The position numbers and the translations under genes were made by a program. Under the pieces are notes generated by a model. It was not told the DNA's origin, ran no database searches, and was given only the letters and a program-made list of their open reading frames with translations. DNA of 58,842 bases. Source: Rikenella sp. GTDB taxonomy: Bacteria > Bacteroidota > Bacteroidia > Bacteroidales > Rikenellaceae. How positions within the stretch are numbered: the first letter of the stretch is position 1; each line of letters starts with the position of its first letter. This document shows positions 20,757 to 30,450 of the stretch, one piece after another. The stretch covers positions 1-58,842 of the forward strand of contig JAFLSI010000001.1 in assembly GCA_022511025.1 (NCBI GenBank), read 5' to 3'.

Positions 20757-21857
20757 ATGAAAAGAGTTTTAGTTGCGACAAGCGGCGGCGACTGCCCCGG
20801 CTTGAATGCCGTGATCCGCGGCGTGGTGAAACGCGCAGCGCAGGAAGGGGACTGGGAAGTGCTTGGGAGTATCCAGGCTTATAACGGTATCCTGTGGGAA
20901 CCTACCGAAGTCAAAATTCTGGACGAAGCGGCCGTAGCCGGGATACACTACCGCGGCGGTACGATTATCGAGACCACCAACAAGGGAGGTCCTTTCGCAT
21001 GGCCGGTGTACAACAAACACTTAGGGCAGTGGGAATACGTCGACCGTTCGGACGAAATGATCCGCAAATTGCAGTACATGGGCGTCGACGCCGTTATTTC
21101 GATCGGCGGCGACGGCTCGCAGCGGATCTCGCAGCAGCTCCAGAGCCAAGGGTTGGATATCGTCGGCGTGCCGAAGACGATCGACAACGACCTGTCGGCC
21201 ACCGACTTTACGTTCGGTTTCCAGACCGCCGTCCAGATCGCCACCGACGCCGTGGACAAGTTGGTAACGACCGCAGCCTCGCACAACCGGACCTTCATCC
21301 TCGAAGTGATGGGACGGAACACCGGGTGGATCGCTCTGCATGCAGCGATTGCCGGCGGGGCGGACGTCTGCCTGATACCGGAAATTCCGTACGACATCAA
21401 CTGCGTCCTCGAAAAGCTCAACAAACGGTATAACTCGAGGAACCGCGGTTCGGCCATTATCGTAGTGGCCGAAGGAGCCGTGCCGAAAGACGGGACGGTA
21501 CACGCTGCCGCAGCCACCGAAGTCGGGTATGAAAACGTCAGACTCGGCGGTATCGCTTACGATTTGAGCCGGCAGCTCAAGGCGGCAGGATTCGAACCGG
21601 ATATCCGGGAGACCGTGCTGGGACACATTCAGCGGGGAGGGGTGCCGATTGCCTACGACCGCGTGCTGGCTACCCAGTTCGGCGTCAAAGCATTCGAATA
21701 CGTGTTGGAAGGGAAGTTCGGACACATGGTTTCGTACCGGCATCCGGACATTATCGCCGTACCGTTCCAGGAAGCTGTGGGGCAGTGCAAATATGTGCGG
21801 CCGGACAGCGACATCGTGAACACGGCGAGAGGGTGCGGAATCAGTTTCGGGGATTAA
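20757..21857 (+). CDS. pfkA: 6-phosphofructokinase (GGDG/PKTIDND type)
   Basis: TSGGDCPGLN, IGGDGS, PKTIDND, EVMGR, LGHIQRGG. Confidence 0.93.
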   Translation: MKRVLVATSGGDCPGLNAVIRGVVKRAAQEGDWEVLGSIQAYNGILWEPTEVKILDEAAVAGIHYRGGTIIETTNKGGPFAWPVYNKHLGQWEYVDRSDEMIRKLQYMGVDAVISIGGDGSQRISQQLQSQGLDIVGVPKTIDNDLSATDFTFGFQTAVQIATDAVDKLVTTAASHNRTFILEVMGRNTGWIALHAAIAGGADVCLIPEIPYDINCVLEKLNKRYNSRNRGSAIIVVAEGAVPKDGTVHAAAATEVGYENVRLGGIAYDLSRQLKAAGFEPDIRETVLGHIQRGGVPIAYDRVLATQFGVKAFEYVLEGKFGHMVSYRHPDIIAVPFQEAVGQCKYVRPDSDIVNTARGCGISFGD

Positions 21858-21896
21858 TACCCGCTCCTCTTATTACCCCTGTACATCTACCGATTC

Positions 21897-21936
21897 AGGC
21901 CTGTTTTTCATAATGAAATGAAAAACAGGCCTTTTT
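21897..21936 (+). terminator. Intrinsic terminator after pfkA
   Basis: 15-bp perfect stem aggcctgtttttcat/atgaaaaacaggcct plus T-run. Confidence 0.8.
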
Positions 21937-22007
21937 CATCGGCAGGGAGGAGAGAGAAAATCAACCCCGTTTTTTGGTCATCCCCCGAAAAAATTCTACA
22001 TTTGGAT

Positions 22008-22727
22008 ATGCTGAAAACAGACCGTTACTCTTTTTTGCTGCTCCTTTCGATCCTGCTCGCATTCGGCAGCCTGCAACCGAGCCGCGCCCAGCAGCAGATC
22101 GTCGAAACCGAAGCGCTTGGCCCCTTCACCACCCTGCTCTGCAACGGCCCGGTCAAAGTCGAACTGATTCCCGCCGACGAAAACCGCCTCCAGATCATGT
22201 CGTGGGGGATCGAAGCCAAAGGCATCAACTGGCACGTAAAAAACTACACCTTGGACATATCGACCCGAAAAGGGTTGGTCAACAAACGGGCCTTCGCCGA
22301 CATTAAACTCTACTACAAAGAGTTGAACCGCATCGAGATCATTGGCGGCGAAGTGAAGACCACCGATCCGATCGTCGGTTCCAGCCTCTACCTGTCGGCC
22401 GAAAGCTCCGTCGGGCGGATGGAATTGGTCGTCGAGTGCAACGACATTACGATCCACACGAGCGGCGACAACACCGTTCAGGTGAGCGGGACGACCGAAT
22501 ACGCCAGCTACCGGTCCCGTTTGGGGAGCCGAATCGAATGCCTCGGTCTGTCGGCCGGGAGCGTAACCGCCTCCGCATCGGGCAAATCGGAGATTCAGTT
22601 GAAAGTCAGCGAACTGCTCGACGCCAAAGCCGTAACCGGCGCCAACATCTTTTTCAGCGGCGAGCCGGAGACCCTTCACATTCGCAAAGCGGCGATGGGC
22701 GGCGTCGAATGGATCGACGAACCGTAA
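22008..22727 (+). CDS. Secreted DUF2807 (head GIN / autotransporter-adhesin-like beta-helix) protein
   Basis: Signal peptide; FTTLLCNGPVKVEL start and repeating S/G-rich beta-helix pattern ending GANIFFSGEP. Confidence 0.75.
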   Translation: MLKTDRYSFLLLLSILLAFGSLQPSRAQQQIVETEALGPFTTLLCNGPVKVELIPADENRLQIMSWGIEAKGINWHVKNYTLDISTRKGLVNKRAFADIKLYYKELNRIEIIGGEVKTTDPIVGSSLYLSAESSVGRMELVVECNDITIHTSGDNTVQVSGTTEYASYRSRLGSRIECLGLSAGSVTASASGKSEIQLKVSELLDAKAVTGANIFFSGEPETLHIRKAAMGGVEWIDEP

Positions 22728-22739
22728 ACATTCTTCCAC

Positions 22740-24299
22740 ATGCTCGTCAAGACCTACAGCAGTACAGTGGAAGGGATCGACGCCCGAACCATCACCGTCG
22801 AAGTCAACCTCTCGCCGGGGATCCGGTTTTTGGTCGTCGGTTTGCCGGACAACGCCGTCCGGGAGAGCCAGCAGCGCATTACAGCCGCATTTGCCAACAA
22901 CGGACTGAAGATGCCCGGAGCCAATATTCTGGTCAATATGGCCCCGGCCGACATGCGCAAAATCGGATCGCACTACGATCTGCCCATTGCCGTCGGCATA
23001 CTGGCCGCCTCGAAACAGGTCTCCGAGTCGATGCTGGAACGGTACCTATTGGTCGGCGAACTCTCGTTAGACGGCACCCTGCTGCCCGTTCGGGGGGCGC
23101 TGCCCATCGCCGTGCAAGCGCGCAAAGAGGGCTTCGAGGGGATCATACTGCCGGAGGAGAATGCACGGGAAGCCGCAGTCGTCCAGCAGTTCAAAGTCTA
23201 CGGCGTGCGGAATCTGGAACAAGCCGTCGAATTGTTGAACGGCCAGTCGGAGTTGCAGCCGACGACGATCGATACCCGGGCGGAATACTTCTCCCGGCTG
23301 AACGATTTTCCGATCGACTTTCGGGACGTCAAGGGGCAGAGCGAAGTGAAACGAGCCTTGGAGATCGCCGCAGCCGGCGGCCACAACGTGCTGATGATCG
23401 GCCCTCCGGGAGCAGGGAAAAGCATGCTGGCCAAGCGGATGCCCACCATCATGCCGCCGATGACCTTGGCCGAAGCCTTGGAAACCACCAAGATACACTC
23501 CGTGGCAGGAAAATTGGGGGCTGCACGGGCAGGAGGTCTGTTGACCGCCCGCCCGTTCCGGGCCCCCCACCACATCGCATCGGAGGTAGCTTTGGTAGGC
23601 GGCAGCGTACCGCCGCAGCCGGGCGAAATATCGCTGGCGCACAACGGCATTCTGTTTCTGGACGAACTGCCGGAGTTCAACCGGAAGACCTTGGAAGTGT
23701 TGCGGCAGCCGCTCGACGAGAAACGGATCACGATTTCCCGGGCAAAATACAGCATCGACTACCCCGCCCATTTCATGTTGATCGCCGCGATGAACCCCTG
23801 TCCGTGCGGTTACCAGACCCATCCGGAGAAGACCTGTACCTGTACGCCGGCGGCTCAGGCACGGTACCGGAACAAGATTTCCGGACCGTTGATGGACCGG
23901 ATCGACCTGCACATCGAAGTCATTCCGGTGGACGTAGAGAGCATGACACAGCCCGTACGGGAGGGGGAGACGAGTGCACAGGTGCGGGCACGCGTAGTGG
24001 CGGCACGGGAGCGGCAGATTCGGCGGCTGCAACGGGACGGATACGCACAGACCCATTGCAACGCCATGCTGACACCGGAGCAGATGGAGCGGTACTGCCG
24101 CTTGGACGACGAAAGCATCGCCCTGATCCGGCAGGCCATGACCACGATGGGACTTTCCGGCCGGGCTTACGACCGGATTTTGAAAGTAGCCCGGACGATC
24201 GCCGATCTGGCAGGAGCCGAAAACATCGGCATCGACCACGTAGCCGAAGCGGTGCAATATCGGAGCTTGGACAGCAGCCAACCACAGACATACGATTGA
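22740..24299 (+). CDS. comM: ComM/YifB Mg-chelatase-like AAA+ ATPase
   Basis: VGLPDNAVRES, GPPGAGKS, RPFRAPHH, LFLDELPEF, AAMNPCPCG. Confidence 0.93.
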   Translation: MLVKTYSSTVEGIDARTITVEVNLSPGIRFLVVGLPDNAVRESQQRITAAFANNGLKMPGANILVNMAPADMRKIGSHYDLPIAVGILAASKQVSESMLERYLLVGELSLDGTLLPVRGALPIAVQARKEGFEGIILPEENAREAAVVQQFKVYGVRNLEQAVELLNGQSELQPTTIDTRAEYFSRLNDFPIDFRDVKGQSEVKRALEIAAAGGHNVLMIGPPGAGKSMLAKRMPTIMPPMTLAEALETTKIHSVAGKLGAARAGGLLTARPFRAPHHIASEVALVGGSVPPQPGEISLAHNGILFLDELPEFNRKTLEVLRQPLDEKRITISRAKYSIDYPAHFMLIAAMNPCPCGYQTHPEKTCTCTPAAQARYRNKISGPLMDRIDLHIEVIPVDVESMTQPVREGETSAQVRARVVAARERQIRRLQRDGYAQTHCNAMLTPEQMERYCRLDDESIALIRQAMTTMGLSGRAYDRILKVARTIADLAGAENIGIDHVAEAVQYRSLDSSQPQTYD

Positions 24300-24300
24300 T

Positions 24301-25890
24301 TTGGAGCGTTTTACCCGCGAAAACACCCCCTTGCTCGAACCCGTCGTCGCATACATGGCCGGGATTCTGGCATTCAGTTCGGCCGATTACGGCGACAAGC
24401 GCAGCTACCTCGCCGCCGGCCTCATACTCGGCGGAGCGCTGGCCGTTATCTTTCTGTTACAGAGACTTCGCCCCGTCCGCCGGATCCTTTCCGGAAGAAG
24501 AATAGCGCTGTGGAGCCTGTTTTTTGTCGCCGGCACCGGTCTGACCGCCCTGCACCGGGTCGATCCGGCCCCCGCTCTCGAACACCACGGCGAACAGCTC
24601 ACCTGCTTGGGACGGGTGGAGAGCATCCCGCAGCTGCGCGGACGGTGGGAGTGCAGCACGGCGACCCTCTTCTGCTATGCCGACAGCACCAACGGCAGTT
24701 GGATCCCTCTCGACCAGCTCAAAGTCAGACTGTACACCGACACCTCCGCCGGCAATCCCCGGTTGCGGATCGGCGATCTCGTCCGCATGGAACAAGGGCG
24801 GCTCTATGCCGTCGACTCGACCGGTTACGACCGCTACATGCGCCGCACGAGAGGCATTTCGGCCCGCTACTACGCGTGGCGCTTCGTCCGAATCGGCACC
24901 GACACCACCCTCCTCTTCCGCATCGAACAGATCCGCCACCGGTTGGGAGAGCGACTCCTGCACGCACCGGACACAGCCGCCGACGACGCCAGCCGGGTGA
25001 TGCAGACCTTGACCACCGGCGACCCCTCCGGGATCGACCAGCCGCTGCGCGCACAATATGCGCGCAGCGGCGTGGCCCACCTGCTCGCCGTCTCCGGTCT
25101 GCACGTCGGCATCATTTTCTTGATACTCAATCTATTGTTCGGCTGGATACGTCTCTTCCGACGCGGGCCGGCCATCATGGGGACACTCGTCATCCTGTGC
25201 CTGTGCACCTACGCCCTGTTCACCGGCCTGTCGCCCTCGGTGGTTCGGGCCGTCGTCATGTTCTCGCTGCTGCAAACCGGCCTGATGCTGTCGCGCCACA
25301 CGAACAGCCTCAACATCTTATGCGCCGCAGCATTCATTATTTCGATCTGGAATCCCTACTCCGTCTACCACATCGGATTCCAGCTGTCGTTCGCCGCCGT
25401 GGCCGGCATTCTGACCCTCTGCCCGCCGATCGCCCGGCTCTGGAGGCCCCGCTTCGCCGTGCTGCGCTGGCTCTGGTCGCTGACGCTGGTCGGATTAGCG
25501 GCACAGATCGGCACCTTTCCGCTCGTCCTGTACCACTTCGGACAACTCCAGTATGCCGGTCTGCTGCTCAATCCGTTGGTATGGTTCACCGTGCCGGTCC
25601 TGATCGGCGGCTCGCTGCTCTACTTAGCTGTCGGGTGGGAATGGATCTATGAGGGGACACACCGCGTCGCCGAGTGGCAGAACGCCGCTGTCGGCTGGAC
25701 GGCCGAGCAAACATGGGCCACCCTCTCCGGGCTGACGCTGCCGGGATGGGCCTGCATCGCGATCTATGCCGGACTCATCGGCGGAATCGTATGGCTCAAC
25801 CGGGTAAGCACGGCCAAGACTCGTTCCTGCTTTCAGCCCTCCGCCGTTTCGGAGGAGGCTCCGGCCTCGTTCCCCCGCGCCGCGAAATGA
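24301..25890 (+). CDS. comEC: ComEC/Rec2 competence membrane protein (no metallo-beta-lactamase domain)
   Basis: SGVAHLLAVSGLHV, SPSVVRA, GFQLSF; TTG start 1 nt after comM stop. Confidence 0.88.
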   Translation: MERFTRENTPLLEPVVAYMAGILAFSSADYGDKRSYLAAGLILGGALAVIFLLQRLRPVRRILSGRRIALWSLFFVAGTGLTALHRVDPAPALEHHGEQLTCLGRVESIPQLRGRWECSTATLFCYADSTNGSWIPLDQLKVRLYTDTSAGNPRLRIGDLVRMEQGRLYAVDSTGYDRYMRRTRGISARYYAWRFVRIGTDTTLLFRIEQIRHRLGERLLHAPDTAADDASRVMQTLTTGDPSGIDQPLRAQYARSGVAHLLAVSGLHVGIIFLILNLLFGWIRLFRRGPAIMGTLVILCLCTYALFTGLSPSVVRAVVMFSLLQTGLMLSRHTNSLNILCAAAFIISIWNPYSVYHIGFQLSFAAVAGILTLCPPIARLWRPRFAVLRWLWSLTLVGLAAQIGTFPLVLYHFGQLQYAGLLLNPLVWFTVPVLIGGSLLYLAVGWEWIYEGTHRVAEWQNAAVGWTAEQTWATLSGLTLPGWACIAIYAGLIGGIVWLNRVSTAKTRSCFQPSAVSEEAPASFPRAAK

Positions 25891-26879
25891 AGCGAGTCGC
25901 CCCACCGGTTGTCCAACGCCACGGCAAACCCCCGCAGATCCATATCCTCCATCGGTTTGTTGTCGTAGAGCCGATAATTCACCCGCTCCCCCTGCGGCGT
26001 CTGGTTGGGCATCATCACATTGGCCCCCGCCCCGATCCCCAATTCCCGTCCCCGCGGATGCAGCGCATGCAGAGCCGTCGTCGAGGCGATATTGATGTCC
26101 GGCATCAACAACCGGAGCAGTGCGACCATGCGCAGCGCCAACTGCAACCGTTCGGTCCGCAAAAAGGCCTCCGGCACCTCCGCCAACGGCGTCCCCGGAG
26201 CCTCGATATAAGGCCCCATGCCACACATGTCTATATCCAGCGCCTTGAAAAACAGCAGGTCGTCCGCCAAATGCTCCACCGTCTGGAACGGCAGTCCGAT
26301 CATCACCCCCGTTCCGACCTGATACCCCTCCGCCCGCAGCCGGTGCAGACAGGCTAACCGTTCCGCATGGCTATGGTCCGCCGGGTGGAGCCGGGCATAC
26401 AGTTCCGGCGACGACGACTCGATCCGCAGCAGGTAGCGGTGCGCCCCCGCCTCGAACCAGCGCCGGTAGGTCTCCTGCGACTGTTCGCCGAGCGACAAGG
26501 TGATACCCAACTCGCCGTTCGACAGCCGTTTGATCTGTCTTACGAGCCTTTCGACCCGTTCCGCGAAGGCCTCGTTCGTCTGCTCCCCCGCTTGGAGCAC
26601 CACCGAGCCGTACCCCGCCCGCCACACTTGGTCCGCAGCCGTCAGCACCTCTTCGTCGGTGAGTTCATAGCGTTTCACCCGGTCGTTTCCGCAGCGAATG
26701 CCACAGTAAAGACAATCTTTCCGACACCGGTTCGACAGTTCGATCAACCCCCGCAGGTAGACCCGGTCGCCGACCGTCCGGTTCCGCACCTCGACCGCCG
26801 CCGCAAACAGCCCGCGATCGCTCTCCAAGTCGCCCAACGGTGCTCCCAAGCGGGCGACCAACTCCTCGCGCGTCATCAT
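25833..26879 (-). CDS. hydE: [FeFe]-hydrogenase maturation radical SAM protein HydE-like
   Basis: RGLIELSNRCRKDCLYCG (CxxxCxxC), YLLRIES, GANVMMPN, YRLYDNK; ATGA overlap with upstream CapA gene. Confidence 0.8.
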   Translation of the reverse strand: MMTREELVARLGAPLGDLESDRGLFAAAVEVRNRTVGDRVYLRGLIELSNRCRKDCLYCGIRCGNDRVKRYELTDEEVLTAADQVWRAGYGSVVLQAGEQTNEAFAERVERLVRQIKRLSNGELGITLSLGEQSQETYRRWFEAGAHRYLLRIESSSPELYARLHPADHSHAERLACLHRLRAEGYQVGTGVMIGLPFQTVEHLADDLLFFKALDIDMCGMGPYIEAPGTPLAEVPEAFLRTERLQLALRMVALLRLLMPDINIASTTALHALHPRGRELGIGAGANVMMPNQTPQGERVNYRLYDNKPMEDMDLRGFAVALDNRWGDSLHFAARGNEAGASSETAEG

Positions 26880-27982
26880 AAGACCACCTCCTCCACTGCA
26901 CCCGCAATGGCCCGATTGTCTTCCAGCGCCTGTTGGAACATCCGGACCGCGAGGCTGTCCATCCCGACCGCCTCGCCCGACACATAGGCCGGCACGACAT
27001 AATAGCGTCTCCGCCCCCCCTCCGTCGGACACCACACCCAGTGGGGCAGAATCTCCATCTTCGGCCGTTCCCCGAACGACAGCCGCAGCCGCACGCTCAG
27101 CCCTCCGTCCTGATAGCGATTCCGCTGGTTCGACACGAAATTACCTATCGACCATGCCACCAGCAGCGCCGTATCGACCGGTTGCGCCACATGCGGATGC
27201 GATCCGATCACCGCATCGACTCCCTGACGAAGGCACCATGCAGCCAATTCCCGCTGCGCCGGGTTCGGCACCTGCTGATACTCCTCGCCCCAATGGACGA
27301 ACAGCACGATGTGCGTGGCCGAATCGTTCCGGGCTGCCCGTATCTCGTCCGCCATCCGAACCGTATCGATCCGGTGAACGACCGTTCCCTGCGGCACCGG
27401 CAGTCCGTTCGTGCCGTACGTCGCATTCAGCAACGCAACCCGGTAGCGCTCCTTTCGGAGGATCAACGGCCGGGCCGCCCGCATCGAGTCGATGTAGACC
27501 CCTCCGCAGAGCAGCCCCACCGAATCGACCGTCCGCACGGTAGTCCGAATCCCGTCTAACTCCCGGTCGCAACAGTGGTTGTTGGCCAAAACCGCGACAT
27601 CCACACCGGACTCTTTCAGTGCCCCGGCCAGTGCGGTCGGCGAGGCAAACCGGGGATAACCGCTGTAGGGACCCTGCTCGGACAAGGTCGTCTCCAAATT
27701 GACCACCGCGAAATCGGCTGCCTCCCAGAAAGGCCGGATATACCGGAAACACGGGGTATAGTCATAGGTTCCGTCGGCCTGTCGAACCGCCTGCACTTGC
27801 GGCAGATGCTGCATCACATCGCCGGAAAAGACCAGCACTAACTCCTCCTGTCCCCGCACCGCCTGCACGACCGAATCCAGCACGCCGCTCTCCCGGCCGG
27901 AGAGCGGCGGCCTCTCCCGGCGCAGTCCGCAAGCCCAACAGCAGCACAAGGTCAATCCGATTACGGAAATTTTTACAACCAT
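26876..27982 (-). CDS. CapA-family (PGA_cap) metallophosphoesterase lipoprotein
   Basis: GDVMQH, NLET, ANNH, HWGEEY, GSHPHV, SIGNFVS. Confidence 0.88.
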   Translation of the reverse strand: MVVKISVIGLTLCCCWACGLRRERPPLSGRESGVLDSVVQAVRGQEELVLVFSGDVMQHLPQVQAVRQADGTYDYTPCFRYIRPFWEAADFAVVNLETTLSEQGPYSGYPRFASPTALAGALKESGVDVAVLANNHCCDRELDGIRTTVRTVDSVGLLCGGVYIDSMRAARPLILRKERYRVALLNATYGTNGLPVPQGTVVHRIDTVRMADEIRAARNDSATHIVLFVHWGEEYQQVPNPAQRELAAWCLRQGVDAVIGSHPHVAQPVDTALLVAWSIGNFVSNQRNRYQDGGLSVRLRLSFGERPKMEILPHWVWCPTEGGRRRYYVVPAYVSGEAVGMDSLAVRMFQQALEDNRAIAGAVEEVVL

Positions 27983-28025
27983 TTTCACTAAATTTGTATA
28001 AAGATACGTTTTTTTGCATTCCGCC

Positions 28026-28703
28026 ATGCCGTTCTGCATCGATATACATACCCACCGGACGGAGCCGGAGTGCATCGGCATCCGGAACATCCGCTTGTCG
28101 GGGAGCGATCCGGTCTGGCCGGCCGGGGATTATTTTTCGGCAGGCATCCACCCGTGGGATGCAGCGGCGGCACAAGAGGAGTGGTTGGAGATTTTCACGC
28201 GGGACGACCTCCCGCGCCTGCTGGCCGTCGGCGAAACGGGACTCGACCTCCGGCCGGAATTCGCTCCGCAAGCTGTGCAAATGCGGTGGTTGGAACGGCA
28301 GATCGACCTCGCCAACCGGATCGGCAAACCGCTGATTATCCACAATGTACGGGCAACACCGGTATTGCAGCCCCTGCTGCGGGCAGAAGCGCTCGTCCCG
28401 GTGGTGCTGCACAGTTTCACGGGTGCACCGGAACAGGCACGGCAATGGGTCGACACGGTACCGGCGGTACGATTTTCGTTCGGGCCGTCCGTTCTGCGGT
28501 CACCGAAAACGCAGGCCGCCTTGCGGTGGATCGCCTCGGAACACCCCGACCGGCTGTTTTTAGAGACAGACGACACGCCGAACCTTTCGATCCGGACCCT
28601 GTACGCCTTCGCCGCCGACCGGACCGGCTGGGACGACACGCGGCTGAAAGAACGCATCGCACAGAACTTTAACGATTTATTTCCTAAAATTCTCCCCGCA
28701 TGA
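28026..28703 (+). CDS. tatD: TatD-family hydrolase
   Basis: IDIHTH, AGIHPW, VGETGLD, IIHNVR, LHSF, FLETD. Confidence 0.88.
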   Translation: MPFCIDIHTHRTEPECIGIRNIRLSGSDPVWPAGDYFSAGIHPWDAAAAQEEWLEIFTRDDLPRLLAVGETGLDLRPEFAPQAVQMRWLERQIDLANRIGKPLIIHNVRATPVLQPLLRAEALVPVVLHSFTGAPEQARQWVDTVPAVRFSFGPSVLRSPKTQAALRWIASEHPDRLFLETDDTPNLSIRTLYAFAADRTGWDDTRLKERIAQNFNDLFPKILPA

Positions 28704-29440
28704 CGATAAACCCGCGCGCTTGGTGCGAACGAACGGAGCTGCTGCTCGGCCGTGAAAAAGCGGAAAAACTACGCCAATCCCATGTTTTGGTTGTCGGTTT
28801 GGGGGGGGTCGGAGCCTATGCCGCCGAGATGATCGCCCGGTCGGGCGTCGGACGGATGACCCTCGTCGATGCGGATACGGTGAGTGTCAGCAACATCAAC
28901 CGGCAGCTCGTGGCCCTGCACTCCACCCTCGGCCGGCCCAAAGCGGAGATTCTGGCCGAACGCCTGCAAGATGTCAACCCGGAGTTGCAATTGACTGTTA
29001 TCCAGCGGTATATCAAGGACGAAGCGACTGACTGGCTGTTGGATTTGGAGCCGCGTTACGATTTCGTTGTCGATGCGATCGACACGCTGGCACCGAAAGT
29101 CAACTTGATCAAAGGGTGTCTCGACCGCCGCATTCCGTTGGTCAGTTCGATGGGAGCCGGTGCAAAAACGGACCCGACTTTATTGGAAATCAAAGATATA
29201 GGAAAATCGCACCACTGTCCGCTGGCCCATATGCTGCGCAAAAGACTCCACAAACTCGGCATCCGTTCCGGTTTTCCGGTGGTCTTCTCGCCCGAACCGG
29301 TTCGCGACGGTTCGATGATCCTGTGCGAGGAGGCAAACAAAAAATCGAACGTCGGAACCATCTCTTATATGCCGGCTGTTTTCGGCTGCGCCTGCGCATC
29401 GGCCGCCATCCGGACCCTGTTGGACGAGATGGAGGCGTAA
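28700..29440 (+). CDS. tcdA: tRNA threonylcarbamoyladenosine dehydratase (ThiF family)
   Basis: VGLGGVG, SNINRQ, DAID, SSMGAG, VVFSPE. Confidence 0.9.
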   Translation: MTINPRAWCERTELLLGREKAEKLRQSHVLVVGLGGVGAYAAEMIARSGVGRMTLVDADTVSVSNINRQLVALHSTLGRPKAEILAERLQDVNPELQLTVIQRYIKDEATDWLLDLEPRYDFVVDAIDTLAPKVNLIKGCLDRRIPLVSSMGAGAKTDPTLLEIKDIGKSHHCPLAHMLRKRLHKLGIRSGFPVVFSPEPVRDGSMILCEEANKKSNVGTISYMPAVFGCACASAAIRTLLDEMEA

Positions 29441-29461
29441 CCCCCTCACAGACAGACCGAT

Positions 29462-30262
29462 TCAATACCCCGCCTGCACCAAACAAGATTCGACCCAGCC
29501 GACCGACGTACAATCTTTCAGCACCACACGCTTGTCCGCATCCAACAGGTAAAGCGAGGGGATCGCCCGCAGGTCGTACAACTCCTCTCTCCGCATCGTT
29601 AAGGCGGCGTCATAGCCGTTGATCCACTCCGCCGGCACCTCGGCCCGGTGTTTGCGCCAAGCGGCCAAATCTTCGTCCGGATAGATTGCCACGATCTGCA
29701 ATCGCCCGTTTTTCAGGCAGTTATCAATAACAGAGGAGGTCTTCAGCTGTTGCAACATCTCTTCGCAGGCATGACAGTCCGGGTTGTTGATGTAGACTAA
29801 CGTAAAAGGGGCCTCGATGTCATACAGCCGTCCGGTCCGTCCATCGGCCAGCGTATAGACAAAATCGGCCGCCGGCCGCCCGACCCGATTTTTGCGGGCC
29901 ATCTCCAACTGAAACTCAGGCCGTATTTTCTCGGCCGAGTCATAAAAGGGCGATGCGATAACCGCCTCCAACAAAGGGATATAGAATTCGTCGTTCCGAA
30001 TCGGGGAGTTCGGGTCGGAGAAGGGCGGGATCAAAAAACCGGTCAACTGACGAAACGCCGCACTGTCTCCGGCATAGAAATGCACCAAGGTATCGAGCCA
30101 ATGCCGGGCCGAATCGAGCGGTGCGGTCGTCGCCCGATTCACGAATGTACGGAATTTCGCCTCCCGTTCCCAGGCCGCTTCCGGTCTGGGAGCGGTCGCT
30201 CCCCCTCCGCACGCGACACCGAACAGCGAAATCCCTGCAACAAGGATCGTTCTAAGATTCAT
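29462..30262 (-). CDS. DUF5106-like lipoprotein with C-terminal thioredoxin-like domain
   Basis: Lipobox GVAC, DPNSPIRNDEFY, NPDCHAC CxxC, YDLRAIPSLYLLD; own TATCTTTG box at 30283-30290 (-) argues against the TTG start at 30280. Confidence 0.8.
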   Translation of the reverse strand: MNLRTILVAGISLFGVACGGGATAPRPEAAWEREAKFRTFVNRATTAPLDSARHWLDTLVHFYAGDSAAFRQLTGFLIPPFSDPNSPIRNDEFYIPLLEAVIASPFYDSAEKIRPEFQLEMARKNRVGRPAADFVYTLADGRTGRLYDIEAPFTLVYINNPDCHACEEMLQQLKTSSVIDNCLKNGRLQIVAIYPDEDLAAWRKHRAEVPAEWINGYDAALTMRREELYDLRAIPSLYLLDADKRVVLKDCTSVGWVESCLVQAGY

Positions 30263-30392
30263 ATCCACCTCCATTTTCAAGCCAAAGATACATATTCTGT
30301 AACGAAAACCGGCCCCACGTTATTTTCAGCACACCCACCCCGGTCAAACTCAGTATCGAATCCAAGCGGTTAAACCGTTCGTTATATCCAGT

Positions 30393-30428
30393 AAAAAACC
30401 CTCTCTCGATAGAAATATCAAGAGAGGG
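30393..30428 (-). terminator. Terminator hairpin at end of pilus operon
   Basis: Stem ccctctct(c)gata/tatc(a)agagaggg 30399-30428 followed by T6 on the minus strand. Confidence 0.8.
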
Positions 30429-30450
30429 CCGAGAAAAACGGAGGCAATGA

